Shown here: in pieces, positions 23,812-38,419 of the stretch
Layout: every line of letters starts with the position of its first letter
Position numbering within the stretch: the first letter of the stretch is position 1
Source: Paragordius varius
Taxonomy: Eukaryota > Animalia > Nematomorpha
DNA: 64,000 bases
Direction of reading: 5' to 3'
NCBI GenBank assembly: GCA_964247055.1
Contig: OZ176056.1
Span: 4,774,001 to 4,838,000, forward strand
Notes under the pieces: model-generated
Database searches by the model: none
What the model was told of the DNA's origin: nothing
The model's input: the letters and a program-made list of their open reading frames with translations, nothing else
Position numbers and translations under genes: made by a program

Positions 23812-26261
23812 CAGTGATACTCAAACCGCGGCCCGCGGGCCGCATGCGGCCTAAGAGTGCTTTAAAATTGCCCTATGACCATATTGATACTTACATTATT
23901 TTTCTAATCATAAACGAATTTTCGATTATTTTAATTTTAATTTATTTTCTTTTGGTAGTTTTTATTTTTTACCCAATTTGAAATATACAAAAATTTCCCT
24001 ACATTTAAATAATTTCAAAAAATTTGGCACACATTGTTTCTGTATTCTATTTTCTTTTCTATTTTGATATTTTTAATGCATTCCTTTTTTGTATTTAAGC
24101 AAGCCTTTCACCCAAAACATCTTTTCATAGCTATCCTGCCTCATTTGTTATAAATCCCATAAAATAATTTTCAAATAAACATCATTAAATTTTAACTTGT
24201 TTTTTATAGTGTAATTCAAATTATATTTCTATTTTTTGAAAAAATTTACATAATATTTAAACATAAATTCAAAGGATGACATCTAATGCTAAAAAACGTA
24301 AATTATTCGATAAAAATCGCCCTTTAAAAAAGAATGGGAAGAAAAATTCTTTGTCGTTTAAAATAAAAATGTTGTTACCTGCCTTATATGTAGGGACAAC
24401 ATAATTATAAAAAAATACAATATTGAAAAAATTTTACAATCCATTTTTCTCATAAATTACCAGAAAATCATGAGGAAAAACGAAAAATATAAAAAGATTA
24501 AGGAATTATACTAGAAAAAAAATCTATTATGTCCATAGCCTTCTCCCAGGAAAAAGTTGTATAATTAGCTTCGCATGAAATTTGTTATATTTTAGGAAAA
24601 AATATGAAACCGTTTACTGATTCCTAACTAAAAGAATGTCTAATAAATGGTTGCACTTTTTCATTTGATAAATTCCATATAAAGATCAAATCATCAGGCA
24701 AATTAAAAAATTTAACTTTCTGCAACATGTGCTCGACGAAGATATGTCTAAATATATTTTTTAAAATACATTATTGGCTCTGAAAAACTGCAAATTTAAT
24801 AATGCTATTGATTCTAGCATTGATATTGGTACAACACCTCAATGTACGCTCTTCGTAAGATTTTGCAACGACAACATAATCAACGATAAATATTTAAAAT
24901 TTTTACCATTGAATAATACCACGAAATGAAGTTTTTCTCGAAATAATTAACACTTTTTTCGATAATAATGGTATATCTATGAAAAATTGGTTTTGATCTG
25001 CACAGATGTCTGTCCCTCTATGATTGGAATAAACAAAGTATTTATTCCTCTTTTGAAAAACCAATATAATTTGCAAAATATTTTATCCTTTCACTGCTTT
25101 ATTCATCAGCAAAATTTGGTTTCGCGTGTGAAAGATAAACTCAATTTAGTAATTAAAACGGTTGTGGATATAGTTAACCACATCCGTGGCAGATAATTCA
25201 ACCATTATAAATTTAAAATCCTACCGAAAGATATCCGTAGTGAGTTTGATGATATTCTTTTGCGCTGTGAGATGATTAAGCCTTAGCAAAGTATTAAATA
25301 GATACTTTGTCCTAAGACATGAAATTCTATTATTTATAAAAGATAAAAGTAAGTTTGAAGAGCAAATTAATAGTGACAAGAGGTAGGTTTTTATTAGCCT
25401 ACCTAATTTGCGACATTACTTAGAAACTTAGTATTTTAATACAAGTCTTCAAGAGACCAAAATAATAACCCAATTTGCTAATCAAGCTTTTAAAGAAAAA
25501 TTAATTATAATAACAAGATTTTATAAATAAAACACTCCTATATTTTCCAACACTTAAATCGATTTATGAAGAAAATATGGAATTTACCGCGGAGATTATT
25601 TGAATAATAGACAATCATTTAACATCTAATAAGATGAAAATCAGATTTCAAGAGTTGATACTATTAAAAATGGTTATAACTCATTGAAAATCCATAGCAT
25701 ATGGATATTTCCAATATTAAGCAACTTGAGCATTTCGAGTTCGATTAGGCACATATCATTAGAGAATTCGTAGATTTTAAATGATTCCAATTTGGAGACT
25801 ATATTCAAGGAGAATCGTAGAGAAGAAAGATATGTGGTTTTGGCAAGATGTGCAAATAAATATGAAAATATAAAAAAAATGTGCTCAAGTTATCCTAATT
25901 GTTTTTCCCTCAACTACGAGTGAGACGACATATTCAAAAAGGAAGTATGTCAAGAATACATACAGAAATCGCTCAACCGATTATCATTTGTACGACGTAT
26001 TAAGATTGGCCTGTCATGAGGCGAAACCAAATTTGTCAAAAATTACGTTGTTATCAAAATAGTTTAATTTTTTTAAACTAAATGGTGCAAAAGAGTTTTT
26101 AGCTGGATTTACATGCGATACGCAAAAAAATTTATTGTTCTGATTTAGAGTGTAAATATGTGCATATGTGTCAAATCGCTATGGAATATTTGCCATTATA
26201 AAGTTCATTGCCCTCGAAAAAAAAATATATTTTATTTGGCCCGTCAAATTTTTTTGCACTG
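23812..26261 (+). mobile_element. Buster/SPIN-like hAT with GTF2IRD2-type transposase pseudogene
   Basis: Perfect 8-bp TSD GCTTAAGA at 23804-23811 and 26262-26269. Termini CAGTG...CACTG. Frameshifted transposase from ATG 24276 (MTSNAKKRK...KEWEEKFF...CLIC; CTDVCPSMIG...HCFIHQQNL) to about 26060. Confidence 0.9.
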
Positions 26262-26699
26262 GCTTAAGATATTATCAAAACTTTTCTATCTAATTTATAT
26301 TTTTGAAAAAAAATGGTTTTTTAAAAAATATTTTAAGTTTTAAGATTTAGCATATTATCAAAATTTTTATCGCGCAATCTCGGCATTTTTGTGTTTATTA
26401 TAAGAATAGCCCATTTGAGAAAGCGAAAAAATTTGAGTTTGGAGCCCACAAAGAATTAATTTTTTTAAAAAAATTGTTTTGCTTTCTGACATATTTTAGT
26501 ATTTTTTTGGAATAAGACATTTAGCTTTCACCAAAAAAATTTAATTTATATAAATCTAATTGTATATTTTTGATATGAATTAGTTACCAAATTGTAAAAA
26601 ACTTTCTTAAATCACTCGTTAGAACCAAAATTAAAGGTACCATACGATTCTGATATTTTTCCCTATCAGAATATAAATTTTTCATCAGGAATTTCAAAC

Positions 26700-28458
26700 G
26701 GCCCCAAGAAAACGCAATAATAATACGTCAGAGTACAAATCACTTAAAGCATTGTTCCAAAAAAGCGCTTGAGACGACAAAAATGATCACTAAAATCAGC
26801 TGTGCTAAAAATTAGAAAACGCTGCTAAATATAATAACAACTACTTTGCTGAAGTAGATCTCACATTGCACCACGTAGGTCTAAAAGCTACAAAGGCCCA
26901 ATGAGAAAGGAAGGTGGAAATATCATTACTGACAAAAAAACACTGGTAGAACAATGGGAACAATATGTATTAAAACTATACGGCACCAGCCTATCAAACG
27001 CTGATAGACACAGTAATATATATCAACATGACTCGCAAATCATCAAAGAAGAAGTTGAATGGGCGCTCACCATTCCCCAAACAACATTTTGTAGGGCTAC
27101 AACGATATCCCAACCGAACTCATTCTTTTATCCCTATTCATAACCTAACTGACTTATTCAAAAAGATATATGCTCACGCCTCATTCTCCCAAGATTGATG
27201 CAAATCAATCATCCCCATCTTGAAAAAAAGCGATCCTCTATCATTTAACAACTATAGCGCTAATCAACCAAACCTCAAAAGTTTTAAAATAATTCACAGG
27301 CGTATCCAAGGCATAAAGCCGAACTTTCTAACACCCAAGGGGTTATAACCAATCGCGGATGCAGGTACATGATTAGCAATATACGCTGGATATTTTAAAA
27401 CAAATCGAATTTCAGCAATAAGCCTATATCAGCTTCGTTGATTTTTTAAGGGCCGTCGACAGCGTGAAGCACGACACGCTGTGGAAGGCACTATTCAGAT
27501 TGGAGTATCAGATCATATTATAAACATCATCAAATCTCTTTACTCCAATTCATCATTAACCATAAAAACCCCACACAGCATAAGTATTTGGATACGAATG
27601 AACAATGGTTTACGACAAGGATGCGTCCTTTCACCGACTCTTTTTAACGTTTGCATAGAAAGTGTTTTAAGAGATATAGATAAAGCTAATGGCATAAGCA
27701 TCATATCATCACTTTACTATGCTGACCAAACTATACTGCTGTTAAATTCAGTGGACAACTAAAAAAACTCTTAACACTGAATGCCAAAAATTCGGTCTGA
27801 CAATCTACTACAAAAAACTACAATTATGAATATAAACTCTCAGAATCATTACAACAATTTATCCTACAACCAAAAAATTAAAGTAGTCTCCCAATTATAA
27901 ATATGATTAACAACAGCACCCCTGACATAATAAGAAAACTAGGAATCGCTAAATCAAAATCGATAAAATATATTAATCTATGGTCGTCACAAGACATCAA
28001 ACTCAAAACCAAAATCCGACTAGTTAAATCCCTAATATTCCCTAGTATGCTATACGCGTCAGAAAGTTGGACAATAAAAAAGGAAGACGAAATATACATT
28101 AACGCCTTCGAATTGTGGTGCTGGCGGAAGATACTACAAATCACCTGGAATAAAAAAAATAAAGAACACCGTAATCCTTGACAAAATAAATTCCGAGATA
28201 CACCTGATCGGCATGTGCCTCAAAATGAAATTATTATACTTTGGTCACATTACCGGAGCTAATGACTTGGAATTTCAACTAATGACAGGCAAGGTCGAAG
28301 GATCCAGGAAACGGGGACGCTGCAAGATACGTTGGATAAACCTATTCAAAAAAACCAATCCTTCTTTACAACACAGCACTCGCTTACAATCGAATAAACT
28401 GGAGATATACCTTCGAAAAAGCAATAAATCGACAACGATCTTTATAATAATAATAATT
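26700..28458 (+). mobile_element. RTE-like non-LTR retrotransposon, 5'-truncated and degenerate
   Basis: RT motifs FVDF..AVDSV.HDTLW, GLRQGCVLSPTLFN, YADQ and YASESWT..KEDE..INAFELWCWR. (TAA)n tail at about 28445-28458. Confidence 0.9.
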
Positions 28459-28559
28459 AATTATTATTCATATAAATTTTTACTTCGGAAACTGAGTGCT
28501 TTTTTTAATTTGATTTCTGTAAAATCTTTTAAATTGAATTTAGGATTAGATATAAGTCA

Positions 28560-29152
28560 TTTTGTAAAATATGCGGATAAAATTTTAAAAGCGATAATTT
28601 GGAATTTTTTATAAAATCTATCACACTTTAAATTTGTTGTGATAAGGAAAATGATACATTTTTATATTTTTACTAATAGGTTATTTTAAAAGAACTTAAT
28701 TCCTATAAATTTGTGAGAGATATAAACGTTGTTTTGCTAATTGGAATACACGTGTTTTAATTTCAATCCAATACCAGGTTTTTAAATGGAAAAATTGGTC
28801 TGACATAGTTTTACATATGCAAATTTAATTATATATTTTGTATGTATGCTATAGTTTTTTGTGAGATTTGCATTGTCTTATTTTTATATTTTTGTATTAT
28901 ATATTCATTAGGTACTCGAAATTTTATTGTTATCATGCAAATGTTCACTTAAAAATAGTATGTAAGAGTACAAAAAACCGAATAAATATCTTTCAAGTTT
29001 TACGTTTCAAACCTTTGTTACCTATTATTCATAGAAAACTAATTAAAGGGTCAAGAAGAGAATTATTCAGTTTAAATGTTAATTTAATTTTAAATACCGT
29101 CGATTGATCTGGAAGAAACATCACCGCTAGAAGATACTAGATCTATATATAT
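28560..29152 (+). repeat. Dispersed repeat R1, copy 2
   Basis: See 22400-22852 and 12040-12260. Confidence 0.8.
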
Positions 29153-29472
29153 ATTTATATTTATTTAAATAGAACGACTTCTTTTATTTTGATTAACTGT
29201 AGGATATTGTATCAATGATTAAAAAATATATAAATATAATGACAATTTTAAGGGATAAAGTAAGTATATTTTCTTAAATTATATTGTAAAAAAGTGGAAT
29301 GAATAAAAAAGATGATCTCTAATTCATACACAAATACTTATCCATAGTGATGTATTTGTTTTTGTACGCTAATAAAAACTATAATTGGTAATTGGTTTGA
29401 TTAATTTAATGTCAAAATATTGATTTCATTAATTCCATATTATTTTTAATGCTGAATGTGGATGGTTTTTTA

Positions 29473-29842
29473 CAGCCATGATTCTCAATTTTTGGTTCGA
29501 ACCAAAAGTGACCAATCTAAATGGCCTCGAGGACTACATTTTTCTTAAAATCCGGCGGGCCGCATTAAATATAGACGGCATTATATTATATTAGATTTCA
29601 AACAAAAAACTGTAAAAAATTTATATACACATTACTAAAAATTATTTATCATTTTTCGCTAGTTTTTTGCCCAAATTCATAAAATTATGTTCAGATGTTA
29701 TTTAAAAAATATCATTCTTCCTTTTATTTATTTCATAAAAAGCACTATTTTTGCGAATTATTTAAAGTCTTATTTCAAATTTGTGGTTGCACAAAATGTC
29801 TAGAAGGGTCGCATTCGGAGGGCCATGTGTTGGACACTCTTG
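29473..29842. mobile_element. Degenerate Charlie/Buster-type MITE
   Basis: GC-rich ggcgggccgca/gggccatgtgttggacactcttg terminal motifs typical of these MITEs. No clear TSD. Confidence 0.4.
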
Positions 29843-31259
29843 CTTTATTAAACCGTTTTGACTCATGCTTTTATAACATGGTTTATATTATATTGAGTTT
29901 CCTAGCCCATTTTTTTCAAAAAAATATATAGAACCAAAAAGATTAAATTATAATTATTTTGTTGCCTATTAAAGACATTTGAGTTTAGGATTAATTTTAA
30001 ATTTTATATCAAGATTATTTGATAAAAAAAATGACATTTAAGAAGAACTGTTGTCAATATTCCAAAAGATTTCTTATATTTTTAAGAATTTAGACAATTG
30101 GTAATGAGAATCGGAAAATAACACAAAGTTGGCAATCATAAATTAATTACTAACCCATAGTGTTTAACAACTTATTTGAATCTCAAAATCAACAACGACT
30201 AAACAAAGTAAGGTTTATCTAAATAATCTTACGCAAAAAACTAAAATTGTAATATATATTGATAAATCATTTTATCAATATTATGAACGCTATTAAAGAA
30301 TATGTTGTAAAATTTGCAGTAATTCGATTCCAAACAAGTTGTCGAATTTATCTAAATTGTATTAATGGATAAAAATTGGTTTGATTTTTTTTTTCATTTG
30401 CTTGAAATTAGGCCAACTCATCCCGAAAATTTCGCTAACAACCAAATTTAGTATAATGAATAGGCGACAGGGGTAGTCGTAAAAGGGATCATATTTAAAC
30501 TTATGTTAATTTACAACAATTATTTCGATTATTTCCTTCTGAATATATTTTTTAGGAATGTAGCCATTAATCAAATTATTTCAACTTTTTTATTATTATG
30601 ATACAATCATATCCCGTGATGTTTTGGTTAGCATAGTGTTTAGATTTGGGTAAATTTGTTCAAAAAATTAACTTATTAGATAAAATAGCATAGGAAGCAG
30701 TTACCCGATCAAATATATTATAAAAATTTAATTACCTGTAACTGATTGACCATATAGCAATGTAAAATAATATCCAAATATATTTCATAATGCTGGCCAT
30801 ATCAATTGAAATACAAAATTACAAATCACAAGTTATAATTGTTAATAAGGAAGGTATACTAACTGAGAGATAAAATAGGAAATCTAATATATGATGAGGG
30901 CAGTTTAATTATATGTTGATGTTTCTAAAAATTATATCGTAATTATATTTATTCTGCCTTTTTTATGATTGATTTTTTATTACACCTTGGTATATAACAC
31001 TCTGATACCAAGATTACTTAACTTTATTTCCTGTATTTCGTGTTTATTGTGAGTTAAATTACATAACAAATATTTTTAGCTATCTTTTGAGTTAATGTTA
31101 TTTTCAATATATATATTTAGGATATTTTACAAAAAAAAGGCTGGCATTAGACCTCTTACATATAAAATTAGATAACCTATTGATTGCTTGTTTTGTGTAT
31201 ATTGATTTACATATAAATATATAAAAATAATTGTAAGTATTGTTCAATAAACCTGGTAT

Positions 31260-31665
31260 ATTTAACACTTGGATACAACACATTCATTTCAGTCCTTCGC
31301 AAATTGGGGTAGTTAATCCCAGGCCTGAATGAAATTATTAAAAATAGAATGGATTAAAACCATGACAAAAATTTGCACTTATATAACATTAATGAACCAA
31401 AATACATAATAAAGTTCCATCAATAATACTTAATATTTCTTATTTTACGATACACCGCAAGGTAAAAATTTAGTCAACATGAAATGAGTGCATTTGCTAA
31501 TTTAAAAAATACTAAACCACTTTTTATGTTTCTATAAATGTTATATGTGATTTAAATGAAAATTTAGTTTAATCTTGGCTTTAAAATTAAATAAACACGA
31601 TATATTGCAAAGATGTTGCAAAATAAAAATGGGGCCGAACTAGTTTGAGATGAAACTTTTTTTCA
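31260..31665 (+). repeat. Dispersed repeat R2, copy 2
   Basis: Aligns with 21180-21655. Confidence 0.8.
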
Positions 31666-32257
31666 AATTAAATGTTATTTAGAAATTTTGGCTTATTATA
31701 TTATTATTAGGATTGAAGCATTAATTTAAATTGGGACCGTTTCTTTCAGTACTTTTTAAAATCAACTAAATTGTCTGGGGTATTAGATATCCCAGTTTGA
31801 ATCAAAGTGTTAATATGGATTGACGCAAAATAATATACGTGTTGTTGCATTTACATTTTTCCATATTTAAAAAGTATATACGTAATAATCAGATAATATG
31901 ATGGCAGTCTACTTAACATAAGTTATATACTCTTTTCTAAATTATTTAACTTGGCGGATGGCTTTTTGCAATGCCCCAGCGGTACTTAAATTGCATTCGA
32001 AAATAATTAATAGAGACCAATAATATTTAATCCTTATAATTTACCATTTTTACTTGCTCAACTCTTGAAGTCATACGCCTTGAAATACAATTCATGCAGT
32101 CTGTATTTACATTTGTTTTTAAAATACAAAGTCTATCTTTATCATAATAATATTTTCGAGATAGTAGTTTTCTCCGTATACTTTATAATAAATGCTATGT
32201 TGAAATTGCCATAATAAACACGGACCATCTATTAAAACTAAGACGATCTGATTAAAT

Positions 32258-34302
32258 TAGGGGTGTTTAACACGCTCGCCGGCCGATGCGGCTTTCCAAA
32301 GCGGCTTGCGAAATTTAAATACTAGATTTTAGTAAATTAATTTTGTCAAATAGAAATTTTGAATTCTTCCCAAATTTTGGCGTCGAACTACCAAAAATTG
32401 TTAGTACCACATGTCATATGTTTTAAATCTGTTATAATATTTGTTAAAACATTGTGGAGACTCGAGAAACCGTAAAACAAGAATATTTATTGAGATATAA
32501 TACAAAAACTAAACTATATAAGCGATGTTTATATACTTTTTTTGAATATAATACTTACATGTTAAACCAAGGTAAAATAACGTGTGCAGGTTAAATACAA
32601 AATTGATAAAATAGTTTAATTTAAATATAAACGGTCATCAAAAATGAATTCAAAACTAATATATAAATTTATCTAGTCTTAGGTTAGCTAACTGATGTAT
32701 TCAAATCTATCATATCACCTTATCCGAATCCGAGCTGATCGGGTGCTTTTCCCCTAAGAGGATATCTTTTCTCCGGTTCTTTTTCAGTTGTCTTTTCCGT
32801 TTTCATTTCAACTTGGGAGTCTTTCTCGTTTTCTTTTTCTTTGCTTTGTCCCTCCCCCACCTCCCGATCATTGGTTGTAATACATTCATCCGTTTGGTTT
32901 ATCGTTAAATTATTATCCCCCTCTCCGCCGTTCTCGATGCCGGTCGGCCGTAATGGATCAGCATGTTTGCGAAGGGTTCGAATTCCATCTTTACCCGTGT
33001 ACGAGACTACCCCTGTTCTCTCCAAAATTGAACCTTTTCTCCACCCCGAATCGATTTCAGTCTTTATGTACACTTCTTCGTCCGGTGTAAAAACTTGATT
33101 GGGTATTATGTCGTCCTCTAATTGTTATGAGGGTGTTTTTCTAACTCAAGAGGTGGATGGGCTTTTGCCAGTAAGTTTCTTTTATTTCTAAGGTCGTTAA
33201 AACTATATCCTGCCCGATTTTAAACACTAACTGATCAAACGTTGGAATCAAATGATCGACAGGAACCTGACTTGGGTTAACAATAACTCTAAAAATACTA
33301 CATATGCGAATATTATTATCTTCTTAACTAACTTTGCGATACACCAGTTGCTCGCATGCACGTACCCACATTTTTCACACTTATTTTTTATTACCATCAC
33401 CTGCTTATTGTCAGAACCCTATTCAATCAAACAACTATCCGCCTTTTCTGCGCCATTGCCATTTCTACCACCATCTCCAACGTAATAGGTTTCCCATCGA
33501 ACATATCTGGAAATTTCGTGAACAGATCTATTTCCAATCTTTTGAGTTGTAATCCTCCAACAAACCCATCTTGATTCTTAGCATTGTATCTTGCCCAAAG
33601 TTGCACCAGGTAGCACATTTATTTATCCGAATCAAATAATCCATCACTGATTCCGTGGCTTCCCTCCGGATTTGCATAAACTGGAACCTGGCTGCAAACA
33701 CATTGTATGTCGGAGCAAATATTTTTTTTCCAGCTGCTACCAAAGCATCCCACCCCACTTCCTCTAACAATACGGGAAAGAATTTCTTCAACTTTGCAAT
33801 ATGGGATAGACTGATGTAGGCCAATAACAAGTTTTTTCGTCATCTCCTTAATTTAATTTCACAGTTAACATTCTATTTATATAATCGATATAGTCATCAA
33901 AGCTAGTTGCGGGATCATATGCTTAGAATCTCCATGCGCGAATGTAATATAAAACGACCGCGCCAAATGTGGTGACTCGAGAAACTGTAAAACAAGAATA
34001 TTTATTGAGATAAAATACAAAAACTAAACTATATAGCGATGTTTATATACTTTTTGTGATATTATTCACATGTTAAACCGTAAAATAACGTGTGCAGGTT
34101 AAATACAAAATTGATACAATAGTTTATTTCAAAGATAAAAGGTCATCAAAAATGTATTCAAAACTGATATATAAATTTATCTAGTCTAAGGTTAGCTAAC
34201 TGATGTATTCAAATCTATCACACACATATATATTTTGCGAATGCAGCCCGCCGGATTTTTTGATCCAATGTCCCCTAAAGCTATTTCTGTTGGAAACCCC
34301 TG
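32258..34302. mobile_element. Buster-type MITE interrupted by an LTR element
   Basis: Ends TAGGGGTGTTTAAC / GTTGGAAACCCCTG with gcggccg-like subterminal motifs. About 275 bp once the LTR insertion is removed. The TSD is poorly conserved. Confidence 0.55.
32453..34222 (-). mobile_element. Internally deleted Gypsy-like LTR retrotransposon
   Basis: Two similar LTRs at 32453-32714 and 33968-34222 (TG...CA). PBS-like TGGCGCGGTCG adjoins the minus-strand 5' LTR, and the 5-bp TSD is AACAT/CACAT. Gag remnant RFQFMQIRREATESVMDYLIRINKCATWCNFG...GFVGGL and integrase-tail remnant GVVSY...RKHADPLR. No RT or RNase H. Confidence 0.9.
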
Positions 34303-34429
34303 GTTTAAGGTTAAAAAATTAGATATCCATTTTGGAATATGTTTCTCTATTAAAGTCGAAACTCGGAGGCTAATAATTTAAATAGTATTATAGATAAACT
34401 AGCTGGGTAGTTTATTCCTAAATCGAGTT

Positions 34430-36500
34430 AACCTTGGAAATTAAAATGACAAATTATTTCCACTTGTCTCCTTCCCATGCAATATCTTTCAATTCCTTTT
34501 ATACATCTACCAGACTCCTTCTTGACAGTATCATCTTAACATTGGTCTTTATTTTTTTTCTTTACCCTTCAACTTTTCCAAAAATCTAATCCTTCTCAAG
34601 ACATGTACTTTTTAAAATGTGATCAATGTACGTTAACTTTCTTTTTATTATAGCTTCCATTAAGTGACTCCTAATATTTAATTTTTATCTTACTGTTATA
34701 TAATTAGCCTTTTCTGACCATGTAATATTTAATATTTTCCTCACATTTCAAATGCTGCAATCCTTTATTTATCATTCTGTTAACCTTCAACAATAAGATG
34801 CTACCGGAATAACCATGCATTTCATCACTCTTTTTTTGGTTCATAGTGAAATCTATATTTTTCCATAATTTAGTCAAATTGTTTGCAGCTGATTTCCCTA
34901 ATGCTGTGCGGCGTTTAATATCTGGCGTGGAGGAGCCGTTTATATCTACTAAAGAGCTTAATAGAATTTGATTTACTGCATCTCTCGGGTGTCTTCATGG
35001 TTATATTCGGTTTATTTTCTAATAAACTCATAACTTTGGTTTTCTTAAGAATGAGGTTTAATCCATATCTTTTGCTTTCTTCTCTTACTAATCTTATCGT
35101 GTTCTCTAAACTTTCTACATTATCTGCGATCAGCGTAGTGTCATCTGGGAATCTTAGATTGTTAATCATTCTCCCTCCTATCCTCAGGCTTTTAGTAGCT
35201 TCATCTATTTTTCTTATGATCATTTCTCTACAAATATTAAACAAGTATGATGATACGCAACATCCTTGTCTAACACCTTTCTGTATTAAAATTTCGTTGG
35301 TTCTGCTTACCGGGGTTTGTATTAGGGCTTTTTGGCTTTCATACACATTTTTTGAGCAAGGTTTTAAACTTTGCTGTAACTCCCATTCCAAACTTCGCCA
35401 TAAATGGACATGGTTAATCGAGTCAAAAGCTTGGGTATAATCAATACATCATATTAGTAACTTTACTTGAAATTTTTAAAAGTTTCAATTATGCGTTTCA
35501 TGTTAGAGATGCGATCTCTTGTGCTACGCCCCTTCATAAACCTAACATCTGGAATCTCCCTGGCTATCACTTGGTGTAGTCTGTTCTGGATGATCCTTAA
35601 TAAAATTAAATTTTAATTTCATGACTAATGAGAGATATGTTTCTATAGTTCTCGCAATTTGATTTATCTCTCTTTTAAAGACTGGGATAAACAGTAAAGT
35701 TTGCCAGTCTTTTGGCCAACCTGACTCCCATACATCCTGACACAATCTATGTAAAACTGAAATCTGTATATCTCTTTTTAATTCCAAGAAAATATTGTCT
35801 ATTCCCGAGGCTTTCCTTATTGGTATCGTTTAAAGCCTTTATTACCTCTGTTTCAAGTATACATAACTCATCATCCCCATATATATTGTCTATCGTTTGT
35901 ACCTGGGCGTGCAGTATATAGCTGTTTAGTGTAATTTCCCATCTTTAGTTTCTATTTCCGTCGTCAAGATCCTTCCATCATTATCCTTAATTTTAATGTT
36001 TGGAAGTTGGTATTGATTTGTTATTTTTCTGATGGTTTGGAACAGAGGTTTACTTAAGCCTTTTCTGTTTGCTTCCTCAATAGTCATGCATTGTTCGTTC
36101 CAGTACATCGAGGTCCTTCCTTTTCTGTCTTTTGAGTCTTGAATTATTTTTATATCTATTATTCTTCTCTTCGGGCTCTTCTTCTTTCTTCAATTAATTT
36201 TATGCAGTCATCTAATAACCCTTTTTTATATGATGTTTTTTCTTTGGTTAATATTTTTGTGCTGTCTCGTGAATTATTATTTTTATACTATTCCATTGGT
36301 TATCTGAATAATATCTATCTTACCTAGTAATTGATTCTATTGTTTACTTCTATCTTATCTAAAGGAATTCCTTCTACATTGTATTAGTGTTCTTTTTTAT
36401 TCTTCCGGGGTTTTAGCATGTGCCTTTTAATTGTTGTTATTAATATTATCGCTTGAGCAGTCGCAACTTTTCTTGGTTTTAGCATTTATGAAAAATCTTT
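34430..36500 (-). mobile_element. RTE-like non-LTR retrotransposon, degenerate
   Basis: ORF pieces WPKDWQTLLFIPVFK, GVRQGCCVSSYLFN and INNLRFPDDTTLIAD, with frameshifts. Confidence 0.9.
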
Positions 36501-38419
36501 TCCATTTTTGTTGTCCTATGAAATCATCTATTTGGTTTTTAATTTTCTCTCAAGGGGAGGTCCAGATAAATAAACTAACTAAATTAAAAATACATAACTG
36601 TCAAAATTAAAAAATCTAAATTAATTTTATTTCTATGAATCATGACCTAATCATAGAATTTTTGTATAAAATATTGTATCTACTCTAAAATTGCATAATA
36701 TATCGGGCTGTGGTAGAAAAAATTACCTCAAAAAGTATGGTGTATTAAATCAGGATAAAATTCGGTTAATAATATCTGATTCGATTTTTATGATATCTCT
36801 ATTTTTGGGGTAGTTATATAAGCCAGGTTAACATTTAATACGTTTTCATTATGTAGACAAATCACAGTTTCGACAAAAAAATATCCTGATGAAATATATA
36901 TATTCTGATAAGAAAATGTATTAGGATTATCATGGTTAATTTTGTTTCAGTTCTTGCCAGTGATTTAAGAACGTTAACTTTTTTGGTAAAGGCATTATAT
37001 AAGGAAATGGTAAAATTGGGGCTCATTTTGCTAGATAAAAATTTTTGGTTAAAGCTTAATGGTTTATTCTATAAAATATCATTAAAAATATAATAAACTG
37101 GATAAAAGCATAAAAATATTAATATAAAAGATATGCAAGACTGCGCGAAAAATTCAATATGTGCTATTAATATCATAAATTTTCAATTAAATTTTTTCAA
37201 AAATTTAATTTTTAGCGAAATTTTGTCGATGCGTACTTAATACTATTTTGAGGGATGGAAACGGTAACATTCTGAGATAATATAAAACATAATTTATGTT
37301 CGATTTGGATTAAAATATACTTCGTCTTCAAATGTTTAATATAATTATTTTTGTATAAAACAAACCTTTAGGTTTAAAATTTTGAGGTAATTGACATCAT
37401 TGGATTATATATAAAAAGTTTTTCCAAGCATCAAGTTTGCATATTAAATATATATATTTGATAAATTTTGGAATATATTAAAATTTGCTATCTCGCAATC
37501 TCGACACTTTTGCGTTTATTTTAAGAGAAAAGAGCGAAAAGGTTTGAAACTTTAGGAGCCCTTATTTAAAAGTAAATTTTTTACAAATATTTTTTGCTTT
37601 TTATATGTAGTTTATTTGTATTTTAGTGATATTTTTTTGAAATAAAGCATTGAGTTGTAAAATTTGCTCAACAAAATGGGGCCAATTTTACCATTTTTTG
37701 ATATGGAGCAGTTACTACTAAAGTCTTGATGACTTCTAATTACAATATGGCCCAAGAACAAAAGCACCATGAAAACGTTGATACATCGTGCTGTCAGAAT
37801 ATTTATTCATCAGGATTATTTTTATATCCCTCTGATTTTAGATGTGTATGTTTTAGTATAATAATTTAACGTTTTTCCCTATAAATGCGTATCTATCCTC
37901 AAAAACGAAATAACAGCTCCAGAAACAATGGATACTAACAGCTGAATTTAACATCTAAATTAAAATATTTTATGTTAAATTGTTAATTATTTAATTTATT
38001 ATCACTCGTTAGCTTTTTACTTTTTGTCCTACTTTTGGGATAGTTTTGTCCAGAGTTTTTTGTAAATAAACTATAGTTTAAAGGTTATTTTAGTTAAGAT
38101 CATTATTCTCAGGTATTAGCTTAAGAGGCTTATATTACAGTTTTATGACCTTTAGACCTAAAATGGGGATAGCTCCAAACCACGAATAAAATGACTAGCT
38201 GATATCTAAATCAAATAAATCAAATATTTGCGGATAAATGTAGCTTGAAAGGATCTAAAAATTATTTTTTTACAATTTCATTCCATAATGCCTGTTTCAT
38301 TAGCGATTTAGGAAAATAAATATAATCATCCAACGTTTACGATTTTTACTATATTTATTTTAAAAAATATTTCAATATGGGTCGGAAATGATATAGGATG
38401 TTTTTAAATTGGCCTTACA

